A stretch of DNA of 64,000 nucleotides. Origin: a virus. Each line of letters begins with the position of its first letter. Within the stretch, counting starts at the first letter, position 1. Positions 27,761 through 39,106 of the stretch are shown in pieces. The notes below the pieces were generated by a model. That model had not been told where the DNA came from and searched no databases. It saw only the letters and a list, made by a program, of their open reading frames with translations. The stretch is taken from positions 32,783-96,782 of the IMG/VR virus record IMGVR_UViG_3300037851_000831. One strand, written 5' to 3'. The position numbers and the translations under genes were made by a program.

Positions 27761-28783
27761 ATGAATCCACAAGACATCGTTCTAGTTCCTCTGGTTCCCG
27801 TCGTCTCCATCAAGCGTTCCGATATGATCAAGAACATTCTTGAGTCGGGCAAGAACCTCATCGTCGATTCCCTTCTTGACCGAGACGTTACGCGGGTGCA
27901 CAACCAAGTGACCGGTATGCTCGAAGCCGTCGTGACGAACGATGACACCGCCATCCGTGCGGAACTCCGTGGGGGCTCCACCGCTCTCATGCTGGGCGAC
28001 AAGATGGATCACCTCGACAAACTCGCGAAAGCCGAGGTTGACTTCATCCTCACCATCGAACCGGAGGATGGCGAGCATTGCTCCCACCGCATTCTCATTT
28101 CCGGAAAGGAAATCGCTTGGTAATGGCTGACGAACGCACAGTTGAAGTTCCGGAGAACCTCGTGCACGAAATCCGTGCCGGGTTGATTATGCGCCTTCAC
28201 GACCTTGAGCGTCGTATTCACGCGTATCATCCAGACGACCCTCTCCGAGAACTTCTTGTCGTTCGCAGAAACGAAATCGAAGCATTCCTTAAAACAATTC
28301 CACAATGAATGTTGGAGATACGGTAGAAACCGTCACTGTTCACGACAATGGTTTTCGTCAGCCCGGAAAGGCTGTCGTCGCTGACATCGTTGGCGATAAG
28401 ATCATCGTCGAGGACAAAACCGGTGACCTTCTTGAAGGCAAGGTCATTACTTTCAAAGGAAAGCCGGTCGTTGAGATTGCCTTCGGATAAAACGTACCAT
28501 GGCAAAGAAAAAGCCTCTGTATATTCGCAACCTCGTCAAGAAACTCAAACCTCAAGTCAAACGACTCCAAGCAGAAATCGAAACACTCAAGGAAGAGAAG
28601 GTAACCTCGACAAAGGCTACCTATAGCCCCGAATTCATTCGGTACACGGAACGACGTAAGAGTTTCATGCTATACACCTTCGTCATCTTCGTACTAGTAG
28701 TTATTCTCCTCTCAAGCGTCGAAGTCACGACAACCGTAGAGACAACGACGACAACCACCACATGGACGACACCAGCCAATTAA
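27761..28783 (+). other. four small hypothetical genes (27761-28123, 28123-28308, 28305-28490, 28499-28783)
   Basis: Coupled plus-strand ORFs after promoter at 27726. Confidence 0.6.
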
Positions 28784-29325
28784 CGCCCCGAAAAGAACCA
28801 AACGCAATCTTCCTCGACCTCGACGAAACCATTCTGAACACTGCGTTCGGTCCTGGAAATAGTAAGAGCCGAACGTACGTGAAGATCGGTGATGGACGCT
28901 ACGGCGCTATTCAGCGACCGGGAACCAAGGAGTTTCTTGCAGATATTAGGTCTGCTGGATTGCCTCTTTACGCGCTCACATACGCAACACTCGACTATGC
29001 GCTGATGTGGAACTCTGTGTTCGAATGGGGTTTCAATGAAAGCGACATGTTCGCACGCGAACACTTGCATGAATCGCGGTTGGAAAAACCGCCTGAGTGC
29101 ATTCCTCTTCTCATTGATGACCTACCTGATACCGAGCCTGCGATCCAATTAAAACGGAGTTGGTTGATGACCCGTGGTGGCATTGTCTATCACTGGCAAC
29201 CCACCCCGTTCTACGGTCATGCGAACACTCATCCGTTAACTTTCGCTGAACTGAAGGATAAGATGGGCTCATTACAGGAGATGCCGTATCATGAACAGAG
29301 GCGCTCTAGTATGTGGGGTTGGTAA
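28762..29325 (+). CDS. HAD-superfamily (FCP1/NIF-like) phosphatase
   Basis: FLDLDETI motif I, RPG..EFL, LIDD motif IV. Confidence 0.8.
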   Translation: MDDTSQLTPRKEPNAIFLDLDETILNTAFGPGNSKSRTYVKIGDGRYGAIQRPGTKEFLADIRSAGLPLYALTYATLDYALMWNSVFEWGFNESDMFAREHLHESRLEKPPECIPLLIDDLPDTEPAIQLKRSWLMTRGGIVYHWQPTPFYGHANTHPLTFAELKDKMGSLQEMPYHEQRRSSMWGW

Positions 29326-29394
29326 ATAAAAAAACACCCTACAGCAAATCTTTGATGGGGAGAGATATATTTATTCGCGTAAGCCCGCCCCACA

Positions 29395-30275
29395 ATGTTC
29401 AAGCGAATCCGTCAGATACTATTCTCATTCAATATCCGTTCGCAATACCGATCATTCATTCAACAACTTGATGAGATGAAGGAGCGAGCACTGGAACTCC
29501 GCAGTACTAGAGACCTCGACGACCTAAAGCACAAGGCAGAAAACGTCATTCAACGGTATAAAAATCAACCCAACATCCCGGAATACAAACTGGCATGTTG
29601 GGTTTATTCTGAATGCCAATCGACCATTGATGTAATCGAATCGGGTTCCTCCCACTCTTACAAAGAAACTTTCCTGAGAACGCTTGACAACTCTCCTGCA
29701 CACGGTTAATGTGTGGGAATGCAATCAGGAGACCAATTCGATCCGTGGGGTAAGCCAGCCTTCAGACAAGGCACTTACACGATGCACTATGTCTCTGCAA
29801 CGGGTGAATATACGCCCGTAACCAAACTGTATCATGCACAGCGAGTAGGTAAGCGCAATACGCCGTTGAGCAAGAGCACGTTGATGAGCATGGCTCTTAC
29901 CCGTGGCGATCATGACATGATGACACGTTCGGCACTCATCATCGTCGAATACAGAAAGAACTTCCACGTGATCAAGAGTCGCTATGAGCGTGACCGCATC
30001 AGTGGCGCGGTTGAATTCCTCAAACCCTATCTCTCCTACTACATTCGCCGCTACATCAACAATCCTCAGCCATGAGCGTGATCCGACATATTCTGAAGGG
30101 TTTCTGGAATCCAGTGGGTGCTGTGGCAGACGTTACCCGCGACCCTGAGATGGGAACTGTGGGAAAGGTTGCGACTAGCGCCTTCATCGTTGGCTGTCAC
30201 CAAGAAGAAGACCCATACCCCGAGGAAGGAACTCCAATGGAACGCCTTCAGTGGGCGATCCGAAACCGGCCTTAA
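29395..30275 (+). other. three hypothetical genes (29395-29709, 29719-30075, 30072-30275)
   Basis: Plus-strand ORFs. Confidence 0.6.
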
Positions 30276-30438
30276 GTACTCTGTACTCGATCCCGCCCCG
30301 ACCTCCTACGGTCGGGCGGGCTCGTTTGTTTTTGAATAGGCTCGCTCACTGCGTTCGCTCGGAAGTACAGATAAGTACAAAAGTACAGGACGAAAAATCC
30401 GGATAAAAGAATTCTTTCGTTTTCTTTATCAGCAGGGC

Positions 30439-30530
30439 TTGACATTTTCAGAGAAGTTGTTATCACTGAATTCAACATCGTGATACAGTTCACAACTGGT
30501 GGCGAGAGGGTAGGGGACCGGAGGCTGGAC
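30439..30530 (+). ncRNA. promoter plus short G-rich element, copy 2
   Basis: 18-mer at 30513-30; upstream 33 nt similar to copy 3. Confidence 0.55.
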
Positions 30531-30615
30531 ATATTCATTCAACCATCCAATTTGTAAATCTTTCAGTGGGCTATTGACTTTTTCTTAATCAGTGTCATGA
30601 TTCACCTAATCTTTT

Positions 30616-32151
30616 ATGGGCACCACCTACATTCCTGTCGCATACCAACTTCCTCTCCCGAATCCAATTCGTGATGGTGTGGACTTCAGTGGTCTTTTAA
30701 CTCCTCAGTGGAACCACGCGAAGAAGTTGCTGGACTCAATCTTCCTTAATGGTTGGGCAAGTGACTTCAGTACAACTGGTACTGGTAAGACGTACGTCGC
30801 CGCATGGGTGGCGAAGTTCGTCAATGCCCCGACCTTCATCGTCGCTCCGAAGGCAGTCATCCCGTCGTGGAACAAGGTTCTCACAGCCTTCGGTATTAAA
30901 GCAATTGTGATCAATTATGAGAAGTTGGTGCGAGGGAACACCAAGTTCGTCAAGCGCAAGCATGTGAAAGACCCGCGCAATCACAACACGAAGGAAGCCG
31001 AGAAGATCAAGAAAATCCTTCGGTGGCGTCTGCCTGCCAATGCATTCATCATCTTTGATGAATCGCATAAGTGCAAGGGCTTCAAGTCTCTCAATTCAGA
31101 AATGCTCATGTCTGCGAAGGATCAGGGATACCGCTTCCTGACCGTCTCAGCGACCCAAGCGTTCAGCCCCATCGACATGTTCGTGTATGGCTGGATCATC
31201 GGTCAACACAAGTTCTACGACTACTTCGACTGGTGCAAGTCTCAGTTCGGTGCCGAGTGGAAGTTCGGTCGTGGTTTGTTTATCACGTGCGACATGTCAA
31301 CCAACCAAGCCATGAAGGGCATGGGGTTGCTGCATGACCATCTGTCGAAGTTGAAGGCTATGAGCCGATTGACCCTTGACGACATGACCGGCTACTTCCC
31401 GACGAATCACGTGATTCCGGAGGTGCTCGACATGGGTGGCAACGGTGCCAAGATCGCCCACGCTTATGAAGAGATGGAGAAGGAAATCGCCGACCTCGAA
31501 GAGAAGGGGTACAGCGAGCATATCTTCGCCGTCATCATGAAGGCACGCCGTCAGGCTGAAATCCTCAAGGTTCCCTCCATTGAAGAAAAGGTGGTTGACC
31601 TCGTGGAAGAAGGCAAGAGCGTTGCCGTGTTCCTCAACTTCACCGACACCCTCAAGTCTCTTGCTGCGCGGCTCGCTAAGAACCGTTGCATCAACGAGGA
31701 AGACATTGTTTACATCCGTGGTGGTCAGACGGCACAGGCTCGTCAGGATGCCATTGAAGCCTTCCAGAAGAACAAAGCCAAGGTGATCATCTGCAACATC
31801 GGTGCAGGCGGTGTTGGCGTGTCTCTTCACGACCTTGAGGGTGGGCATGAGCGTGTTTCCATTATCACCCTTCCCCAGCAGCCCGCGCAGTTCGTGCAGG
31901 CTCTTGGTCGAATCCACCGTGCCGATGCCAAGACCCCGTGCGTTCAGTACGTGATCTTCTGCGCTGGCACGATTGAAGAAAGTATCGCCCAGCGTCTTCG
32001 CCTCAAGATCGGTTGCCTCGAATCTCTCAATGAAGGAGACCTTGCAGTTTCCTCCTTCGAGAAGTATGGGCTCAACTATACCCTTCCCCCAAAGGATGAA
32101 GACCTTGACGCCGAGGAAGACGTGCTGCGGCGCGAGGAACAGCACTCCTAA
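30616..32151 (+). CDS. SF2 (SNF2-like) helicase/ATPase
   Basis: TGTGKT, DESH, SAT, GGVGVSL, QALGRIHR motifs. Confidence 0.92.
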   Translation: MGTTYIPVAYQLPLPNPIRDGVDFSGLLTPQWNHAKKLLDSIFLNGWASDFSTTGTGKTYVAAWVAKFVNAPTFIVAPKAVIPSWNKVLTAFGIKAIVINYEKLVRGNTKFVKRKHVKDPRNHNTKEAEKIKKILRWRLPANAFIIFDESHKCKGFKSLNSEMLMSAKDQGYRFLTVSATQAFSPIDMFVYGWIIGQHKFYDYFDWCKSQFGAEWKFGRGLFITCDMSTNQAMKGMGLLHDHLSKLKAMSRLTLDDMTGYFPTNHVIPEVLDMGGNGAKIAHAYEEMEKEIADLEEKGYSEHIFAVIMKARRQAEILKVPSIEEKVVDLVEEGKSVAVFLNFTDTLKSLAARLAKNRCINEEDIVYIRGGQTAQARQDAIEAFQKNKAKVIICNIGAGGVGVSLHDLEGGHERVSIITLPQQPAQFVQALGRIHRADAKTPCVQYVIFCAGTIEESIAQRLRLKIGCLESLNEGDLAVSSFEKYGLNYTLPPKDEDLDAEEDVLRREEQHS

Positions 32152-32167
32152 TTAAAAACTATCCAAT

Positions 32168-32764
32168 ATGAACACATCCACCAAGTACGTAGTTTCTTTT
32201 CCCATTTGGGGCTATTCCGGTCAGGGATACGAAGGCATCCACCGACTTGAACAGAAGTTCAATACCTTCGAGGGGGCACGCAAACACAAGAAGAAAGTCG
32301 ATTTCGTTTACAGCCTTCGGAACCATCCGCTCGGTGCCCTTCGCGACGGGTGGAGGTTCAAGGAGTTCTACGATGCCATGACCGATATGCACGCGTATGC
32401 CATCAAGGGCAAGGCTACCATCTCCAAGCGTACCATCGTGGTTGAGGAGGAAATCCTCGTCAAAGATAATTAAAACAATCATATGAAACAACCATCCGAC
32501 GAAATATACAAAGAAGGAGATTACGTCTTCTTCACCGATACCAACACAGCATACATCGTTGACTCCGTTAAGCCCACCATCACCGGAAGGGGTCAACTTC
32601 TCAACCTGAACCCAATGTGGCCCATCAATGCTCCCACCAAATCAATTTGGTCGGGGCACGTGAGTCGCATTACCGCCGACCTCTATCGCGAGTTGAAGAA
32701 TGAATGGACCCGCGAGGCATATCTCAGAGATAAGATATGGTCAGAAATGCTCGAAAATAATTGA
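32168..32764 (+). other. two hypothetical genes (32168-32473, 32483-32764)
   Basis: ORFs following the helicase. Confidence 0.6.
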
Positions 32765-32783
32765 GAAAAGTTGAGCCAAGGGC

Positions 32784-32876
32784 TTGACTTTTTTTAGAAA
32801 GGTGTCATTGTCAGCACCAGTCAGGGTGATACGGTGCACAGCCGGTGGCCCGGGGGTAGGGGACCGGAGGCTGGAC
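32784..32876 (+). ncRNA. promoter plus short G-rich element, copy 3
   Basis: 18-mer at 32859-76. Confidence 0.55.
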
Positions 32877-32967
32877 GGATGCCAAGACCTTCGCCGTTCC
32901 CGTCGTAAAAGTAAAAAATCAATCCTATATATTTGACACTGCGTCTCAATCTGGTATGCTGTCTGCC

Positions 32968-34441
32968 ATGAATCTAACAGAAGTTGGTCAGGTCCGGGCA
33001 GGCCACATCACGGTGGCTGTCTACTGTGAATCCCAGCGTCCTCGAATGCAGGCCGTTCACTTCGTTATTGCTACGGAGGATATGGCACCAGAGCAGACGA
33101 ATCCCGACACCTATCAGGAGAACATCCTGCCCGACGAACTTCCCGAGTTCTATAAGAATCAGCAGGCATGGATCGGAGGTTTCTTTGACCGTGCCTTCAA
33201 GCGTTTCGCTTCGAACACCGGCACGGGCGACCCTTCGAAGGATCGCATTGAGGTGATCGAGCACACCGACCCGGAGATTCTACCCAAGCCAGCACCCCGA
33301 CCCATGGTGGTGGAGGTTACTCGTAAAGAGCCGGGTAAACCCTTCATGAAGTGGATCATCCAAGGGCAAACCCTAGAGCAAGCAGTTCAGAACTTTACAG
33401 TACTACACCCTAATGAGATGGGAGTGAGTAATCCACCCCAAGGGGCGACCCCCTGAGTAATTTCCTCCAAGGGCACGAATTGTGAAATTTTTACATCTCC
33501 TCGGGGAGACCCTTAGAGGAAACCAACCAAGACCTCGCGTCAAACGACCTCACCCGATCATGAGCAAACTCCGCACCTTCTTCACAAGCAGATTCTTCCT
33601 CGCCCTTCTCACCGGTATGCCCATCGGGTACCTCTTCATCCAGTTCTTCGAGGAAGGTCGCCCGTGGGCAGTCGTCTACATCGCTTCAATGTTCGCGGGT
33701 GCGGGTATCCTTCTCATCGTCGATTCCATAGTATGGCCCATTCTGTGGATTTGGAGCTTGAAAGTAAAACAATACGCGACCTTGCTTTCAGATTGGCTGA
33801 AATCAAAAAGTCGGTAAAATCGATTTCCGAAAAGTCGGTAAAAATGGAACCTCCGGTCATCAACGCTCCTGAGCAACGATATACCATTACACTGGTCTCG
33901 GTGCTCTACCCTATCACCCTTATTGGAGGGTTCCTCCTATTCTTTTATTTCAAATCCAAGTTTGACATCCTGTGGGCTCACCTGACGATCTGGCGGGCTC
34001 GAAGGTATGTAAAGAAAAAGTCGGTAAAATGACCTACCTACATTCACTCCTTCTGCATCTATACCAGATGCCTCTATACCTGTTCGCCACCTGTATTGTG
34101 ATGGCGGGAGCACTAGGGGTACTCGCGGTCTTCATCCTGTGGGGCGTCGTGGAATTCCTCATCGAGTTCTACAAGGCGTTCTTCGCGTAAGCCCATCTTA
34201 TGACATACTCCAAACTCCTAATGCTGATCGTATTGTGCTCCGCTCTAGGGCAAAGTGCCTTGGAACTTCTCATCACCTACCTCATGCTATGTTAACCATC
34301 CTCATCACGCTCAACCTTCTCATCTTTCCCGGCATACCATTGGCGTACGCCTTCCTAGGATGGAAGGATGGTGCGAAAGATCGCTTTCTGTATCGTATGC
34401 GAAAGAAGGAAGCGTTGATGAACTGGTGGTACCTAAGGTAA
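32968..34441 (+). other. hypothetical gene (32968-33456) followed by four small membrane-protein genes
   Basis: Hydrophobic short ORFs; junctions carry AAAAGTCGGTAAAA motifs. Confidence 0.55.
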
Positions 34442-34509
34442 TAGCCTCCAGTCTTTTCGGGGTTACGCCGTATTGTCAAGAGGAAGGATACCTGCTAGAC
34501 TATTCGCAT

Positions 34510-34848
34510 ATGACAAAGACCAAATACTTCCTTACCATTCTCTTCTCCGCTGTTCTTGCGGTTTCTGCCTTCGCAGCAGATACACAGGAGCGCCCCATGC
34601 CCGTCAAGACGCCTCCTCCCCGCATTGAGGATGCCGCACTCAAGCAGATTGCCGCACGCGTCTCCGTCGTCGTTACCGTCGATGAGACCGGTTCCGTCAC
34701 CGAAATCTCTATCTCGAAGTCTTCCGACGAACGCTTCAATCAACCGGCGTTGGATGCCGTCAAGCAATGGAAGTTCCGCCCGGCTACGGTGGAAGGAAAC
34801 CCGGTTCCCTGCAAGGTGACGATTCCGATCAACTTCAATCCGAGTTAA
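34510..34848 (+). CDS. TonB C-terminal domain protein with signal peptide
   Basis: V.VVVTVDETGSV...SS...F...ALDAVKQWKFRPA..EG.PV...VTIPINF. Confidence 0.9.
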   Translation: MTKTKYFLTILFSAVLAVSAFAADTQERPMPVKTPPPRIEDAALKQIAARVSVVVTVDETGSVTEISISKSSDERFNQPALDAVKQWKFRPATVEGNPVPCKVTIPINFNPS

Positions 34849-34870
34849 CACTCCACCCGTATTTATAACA

Positions 34871-34903
34871 AAAAACCCGCTCCGTAATTGGGGCGGGTTT
34901 CTT
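34871..34903. terminator. bidirectional terminator between convergent genes
   Basis: AAAAACCCGCTCC...GGGGCGGGTTTCTTT. Confidence 0.75.
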
Positions 34904-34907
34904 TATT

Positions 34908-35393
34908 TTACATGAAGATTGGTTTTGGTGGAGGAGGCTCGTTAGAAGTCGGCGGGTACACCTTCTTCAAAGCATCATCCCAAACAATCTTTCCTTCCTG
35001 TGCAAGTAAACCAATGAACATGAAAACCTCACTGTTCTTCCATTCATCAGCAGGAAGGTAAAGCCAGCCATCACTTACAGGAACGATCCAACCCGCAATT
35101 GTATCCCTAACACGCGGAGTAGCCATTGGAGAGAAATACAATACCTTCTTCGCGAAGGGCACACCATCCATCGTCAACTCCGCTTCGCCCCTCACCCAAT
35201 CCGAAACTTCTTCCGGCGCGGATTCCTTCACATCATCAGGAAGGATTTCCTCCACTCTCGGCTCGCCAATATATACAATTGGTTGGGATTCCTTCGTATC
35301 ATATATACGATTTGCTACAAAGTAGCCAACCAAATTTCCTCCAACTAACGCAAGCACGATGAGTGCGACCTTCCACCATTTGAAGAATTTCAT
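34908..35393 (-). CDS. membrane-anchored hypothetical protein
   Basis: N-terminal TM; ATATTTAT just upstream. Confidence 0.6.
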   Translation of the reverse strand: MKFFKWWKVALIVLALVGGNLVGYFVANRIYDTKESQPIVYIGEPRVEEILPDDVKESAPEEVSDWVRGEAELTMDGVPFAKKVLYFSPMATPRVRDTIAGWIVPVSDGWLYLPADEWKNSEVFMFIGLLAQEGKIVWDDALKKVYPPTSNEPPPPKPIFM

Positions 35394-35643
35394 ATTGCAT
35401 AAATATGGGGGATTCACCCCAATCGTATATATCTAAATGAAAAACTTGCAGAGGTAATTTTCCCAGCGAAATTTTTTCCTTCTTGTCGTACGAGCGGAGC
35501 AACACCCAATCCGTCGCTGGCTCACACAACTATAATAACTCTCCATATATGTGCAATCACGGTGATATCACTTTCTTTAACCGTGGTCGGTGGGTTGTTG
35601 TGGGTCAAAATGGGGCGAAGTGGAGGAATCCACTCCCCCATAT

Positions 35644-36260
35644 TTATGAAGTCTTGAACACCCGTCCAGCGTTCGTGAGTGCCATCAACATAGCACTTGG
35701 TATCTGTCTCGCTGCCAGATCATCGACTAAATGAAGAAGGCAATCATACTGCTCTTCCCAATCCATATGATAGTTTTTATCACACTCCATCATGTGAATA
35801 TGAGCAAGGAAGGATTGCCACAGATATTTGATTTGTCGCTTCGACATATACCCTCGCCGAAACAGAGTTTCGTGTAATGCCTTCTTCGCATTTTGTTTGC
35901 TCCACCTACGATTAAAATAAAGAACATTCCATTCTTCAAGAAGGGCGGCAAGCAGACGGCGATACTTTGATGTGAATATGTGTGTCGATGGTTTGATCAT
36001 AGAAATACGTCGTCAGGAAGGGTGATGTTGAATACGATGAAGAGGCGCTTGCGCCACTTGTTTCTTGACTTCTCTGTTCTTGCTCTGAATGCCTTATCCA
36101 TGAATTCGTTCATCATGGCGATGGTTCGGTCAAGCTCTGCCATGCGCTTGGGTGTTTGATTCATCTTCATCTGTTTGAAAAAGCCCACGGTGAGATGATG
36201 TATGTAGGTTCCATACAGGTTCTTCACTTCATTGCATTTCTTCTCTTGCTGCTTTGTCAT
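35644..36260 (-). other. two hypothetical genes (35644-36000, 35997-36260)
   Basis: ATGA-coupled ORFs. Confidence 0.6.
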
Positions 36261-36386
36261 TTATTGGTTGTACCCGCGAGGTTTTGAAGCGTCAAGAAAT
36301 TCCGAGTTATAATAAGTAAAGGGTGTGTCGTATATACGACAAATCCCCTTGACACCATCCGCCTGCCTTCTCCATACTATTCGTCT

Positions 36387-36724
36387 ATGGATAACTACGA
36401 CATTATCGTTTTCGGTCTTTACGTGGCATTGGCTGGTCACCTCGTTCTGTTATACTTTCAGGTCGTTCGATGCGTTCAGTATTACCGACTGCCGAAGGAA
36501 GAGCGAAGAAAGTATCTGAACGGAGAGCGTCAGCTTCCATAACACCCTTTACCTATCCTCTTATGGAAATTCTATCCACCCTTTCTGATGCCAAGGAAAT
36601 CTTTTTGCCCGCCTTGATTGTTGTCTTGGTCGGCAGTGTTGTTCTTTTGATTGTTCAGATTACCCGCCTCGTTCGATTCTATCGTATGCCGAAGGAAGAA
36701 CGAAAGAAGTATATTTGGATGTGA
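36387..36724 (+). other. two tandem paralogous small membrane proteins (36387-36542, 36563-36724)
   Basis: Both have a TM followed by (Y/F)YR(L/M)PKEER(R/K)KY. Confidence 0.7.
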
Positions 36725-36734
36725 GGTTGTATAT

Positions 36735-37328
36735 ATGATTGGTGTCTACGGAATCAAGCATCATACCACCGGCGATTATTACCTTCTCTCGGTTGATGGT
36801 GAGAAGCAGGAGATGAGGGTTGATCAGCACGACCGTCATCGAAAAATGAGCATCGATGAGTTGAGGAAGGAAATCTATCTGACCGAGATGGGTATCATGA
36901 GCATGATATATGATCTTCCATCCGTGGAGACAAAGAGAAGATTGGCGGCATATGAGAGCGTTCATCGATACCAGAATACATTGCTGAAGTATAGGATGAA
37001 CCCGCAGGATTTGTCATACCGGGGAGATTTGTGGTACAGTGCGCCCGAAAGTCGTTTTAAGTATGTTGTGGCACCCCACATCGTCATGCTCCTTCCGACA
37101 GAGTTCCATGAACAATCGATTACGGATATGAGCGAGGCAAAACTTCAGAGCGCAATTGCCGACTTCTACGATAAGATAAAACATAAACATGAGAATGAAC
37201 TATCCGACGAACACATTTTCTGTTATAGAGCAATGATTGAGTATCACAAGTATGCAATCGCTCTTAAAAGAGATATGAAGCAGACCCAAGGAGAATCGAC
37301 TCTGGATTCAATTTCGGAGGTGTGGTGA
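36735..37328 (+). CDS. hypothetical protein with C-terminal TLDSISEVW (paralog of next gene)
   Basis: MIGVYGIK...LSVDG...GDLWY. Confidence 0.75.
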   Translation: MIGVYGIKHHTTGDYYLLSVDGEKQEMRVDQHDRHRKMSIDELRKEIYLTEMGIMSMIYDLPSVETKRRLAAYESVHRYQNTLLKYRMNPQDLSYRGDLWYSAPESRFKYVVAPHIVMLLPTEFHEQSITDMSEAKLQSAIADFYDKIKHKHENELSDEHIFCYRAMIEYHKYAIALKRDMKQTQGESTLDSISEVW

Positions 37329-37329
37329 T

Positions 37330-37899
37330 ATGATAGGTGTCACCGGCATCAAATTAAAACAAGGCTTGCCCCATTATTGCCTTTCGGTGAATGGATCGCC
37401 GTTTGAACTTTCAACCGCGTCTCACGATTTCAATCGGCTCTCCGATGTGCATACGATTCGTGGTGCGATACAAGAATTTGAAAAGTTGGCAAAACGTTAT
37501 AGCGACGAGGTACACTACAGAAAGTTTGTCGTATATTTACGACAGTTGCTTCGTGAGAAGATGCACCCGGAGGAACGCCCGGTGAAGGGTGATATTTGGT
37601 ACGATACTATGGGTCGCCTGTGCTTCCTTTCGAAGCCAAATTCAACTCGTTTCCGTGTTATCTTATCGGTTGAAGGATATCAAAGACGCGTCAACGAACC
37701 AATCGGAGAACTATACAAAGGCATTCGGTATTGCACTTCCATCATCGAGAACCCGAAAGGTGTTTACGGCGAATTTGAGGGAAGGGTGGAAATGGAAACC
37801 ACTTTGCGCGAGTTTTTGCGCTACATCCTTACCGTGAGGAAAGAAATGAGAGAAGAACCCGGCGAGTTTACGCTGGATTCTATTGCAGAGGTTTGGTGA
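37330..37899 (+). CDS. hypothetical protein with C-terminal TLDSIAEVW
   Basis: MIGVTGIK...LSVNG...GDIWY. Confidence 0.75.
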   Translation: MIGVTGIKLKQGLPHYCLSVNGSPFELSTASHDFNRLSDVHTIRGAIQEFEKLAKRYSDEVHYRKFVVYLRQLLREKMHPEERPVKGDIWYDTMGRLCFLSKPNSTRFRVILSVEGYQRRVNEPIGELYKGIRYCTSIIENPKGVYGEFEGRVEMETTLREFLRYILTVRKEMREEPGEFTLDSIAEVW

Positions 37900-39106
37900 T
37901 CAGATTCCCCAAGGCTTCTCCAAACCTTCCCACTTGTCGAAGGTCATAAGGATTGCCTTGGCACGAACGAATGCTGGGGCACTCGCCATTTCATAACATG
38001 TCGAGCCATATCGATGGGAACCATCGGCATTTCGGTCGTATAGTTCACGTAGGTTGCCGTAAAACTTCTGTTCCAGAACGATGTTGCCACGAATGCGTAG
38101 GTCGTATATCGATTGAACAGCGTTCAGGTCGTGCAAATAATCGAAGACGAATGCAACGGCACCGTGAATCTTGGAAAGGGCGATGTTTTGTTCGAGTGGC
38201 GTCATGACGTTGTGCGAGGAAAGTTCTTTTTGCACTCAGCAAGATGAATCTTTCGCCAGAGTGGTGATGTGGTTTTGTCGTGAATGAAATTGCCTACATA
38301 GCAAATGCAGAATGCCATGCCAAAGAGAATCCAACTTACCGCCCAAAATGGTGCGGTCGGAATATACGAGAGCCAGTATAGGAGTTTCATGATGATTTCT
38401 TTTTTTCAATTGGGCGTACAAAGTGCCTGCCCGATTTGTTTGCTTGAATTTCTGCGTGATGCATGGCAATGGTAGAGCCATACTCTCTGATGTTGGCAAT
38501 GCGTGCACGATCTTCTCGTGACGCAGCCTGCAATGCGCGTTCGTGCTTTCCGTCGTAGCGGCTCATATTTAGGAAGCCATCGCCAGTTTGAGAGCCTTGA
38601 TTTCTTCTTGTGCCTCGGCGAGAGCACGCTTCAGGCGGTACTCACCCTCACACACCACACATTCGACTTTATTTGCCATCTTCTCGGATTTGATCTTTTT
38701 GGTTGTTTCAATTCCAATATCAACGCCTTCACGCGTCTCCGGAAGATAGAAGTTTCCTCTAACACTTCCGTTTACCAACGCACATTGTTTGAGAAGATAC
38801 TCCAATCGCTCCGAGTCGCTGTAGCCAGATTTGCCTTCGATGATATTACGCACACGACTTGCTGCTTCAGGCTGTGCCGGGTTCCATTTGTTTCCGATGG
38901 AAGCACGAATGTCTCCAACGATCATGACAGCATCCGTAAGTGCGATAGATGCACCAGCCTTTTCAATCTTTTCCATGGCGAGACCGAGAGCCTCGAATAG
39001 TTCGTCTTGTGATAGGTTCATTGCTTTCTTTATGAAGTGTGGCTCTTGATTTGTCAATGACATTTTCCGAGCATGGAGACTTGACAACCATCGGTTAATC
39101 TCTATT

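Noticed and set aside
34441-34453. AGCCTCCAGTC as an antisense target or fourth copy of the G-rich element
   Set aside because: Only 10 of 11 nt match and the flanks do not; compatible with chance.
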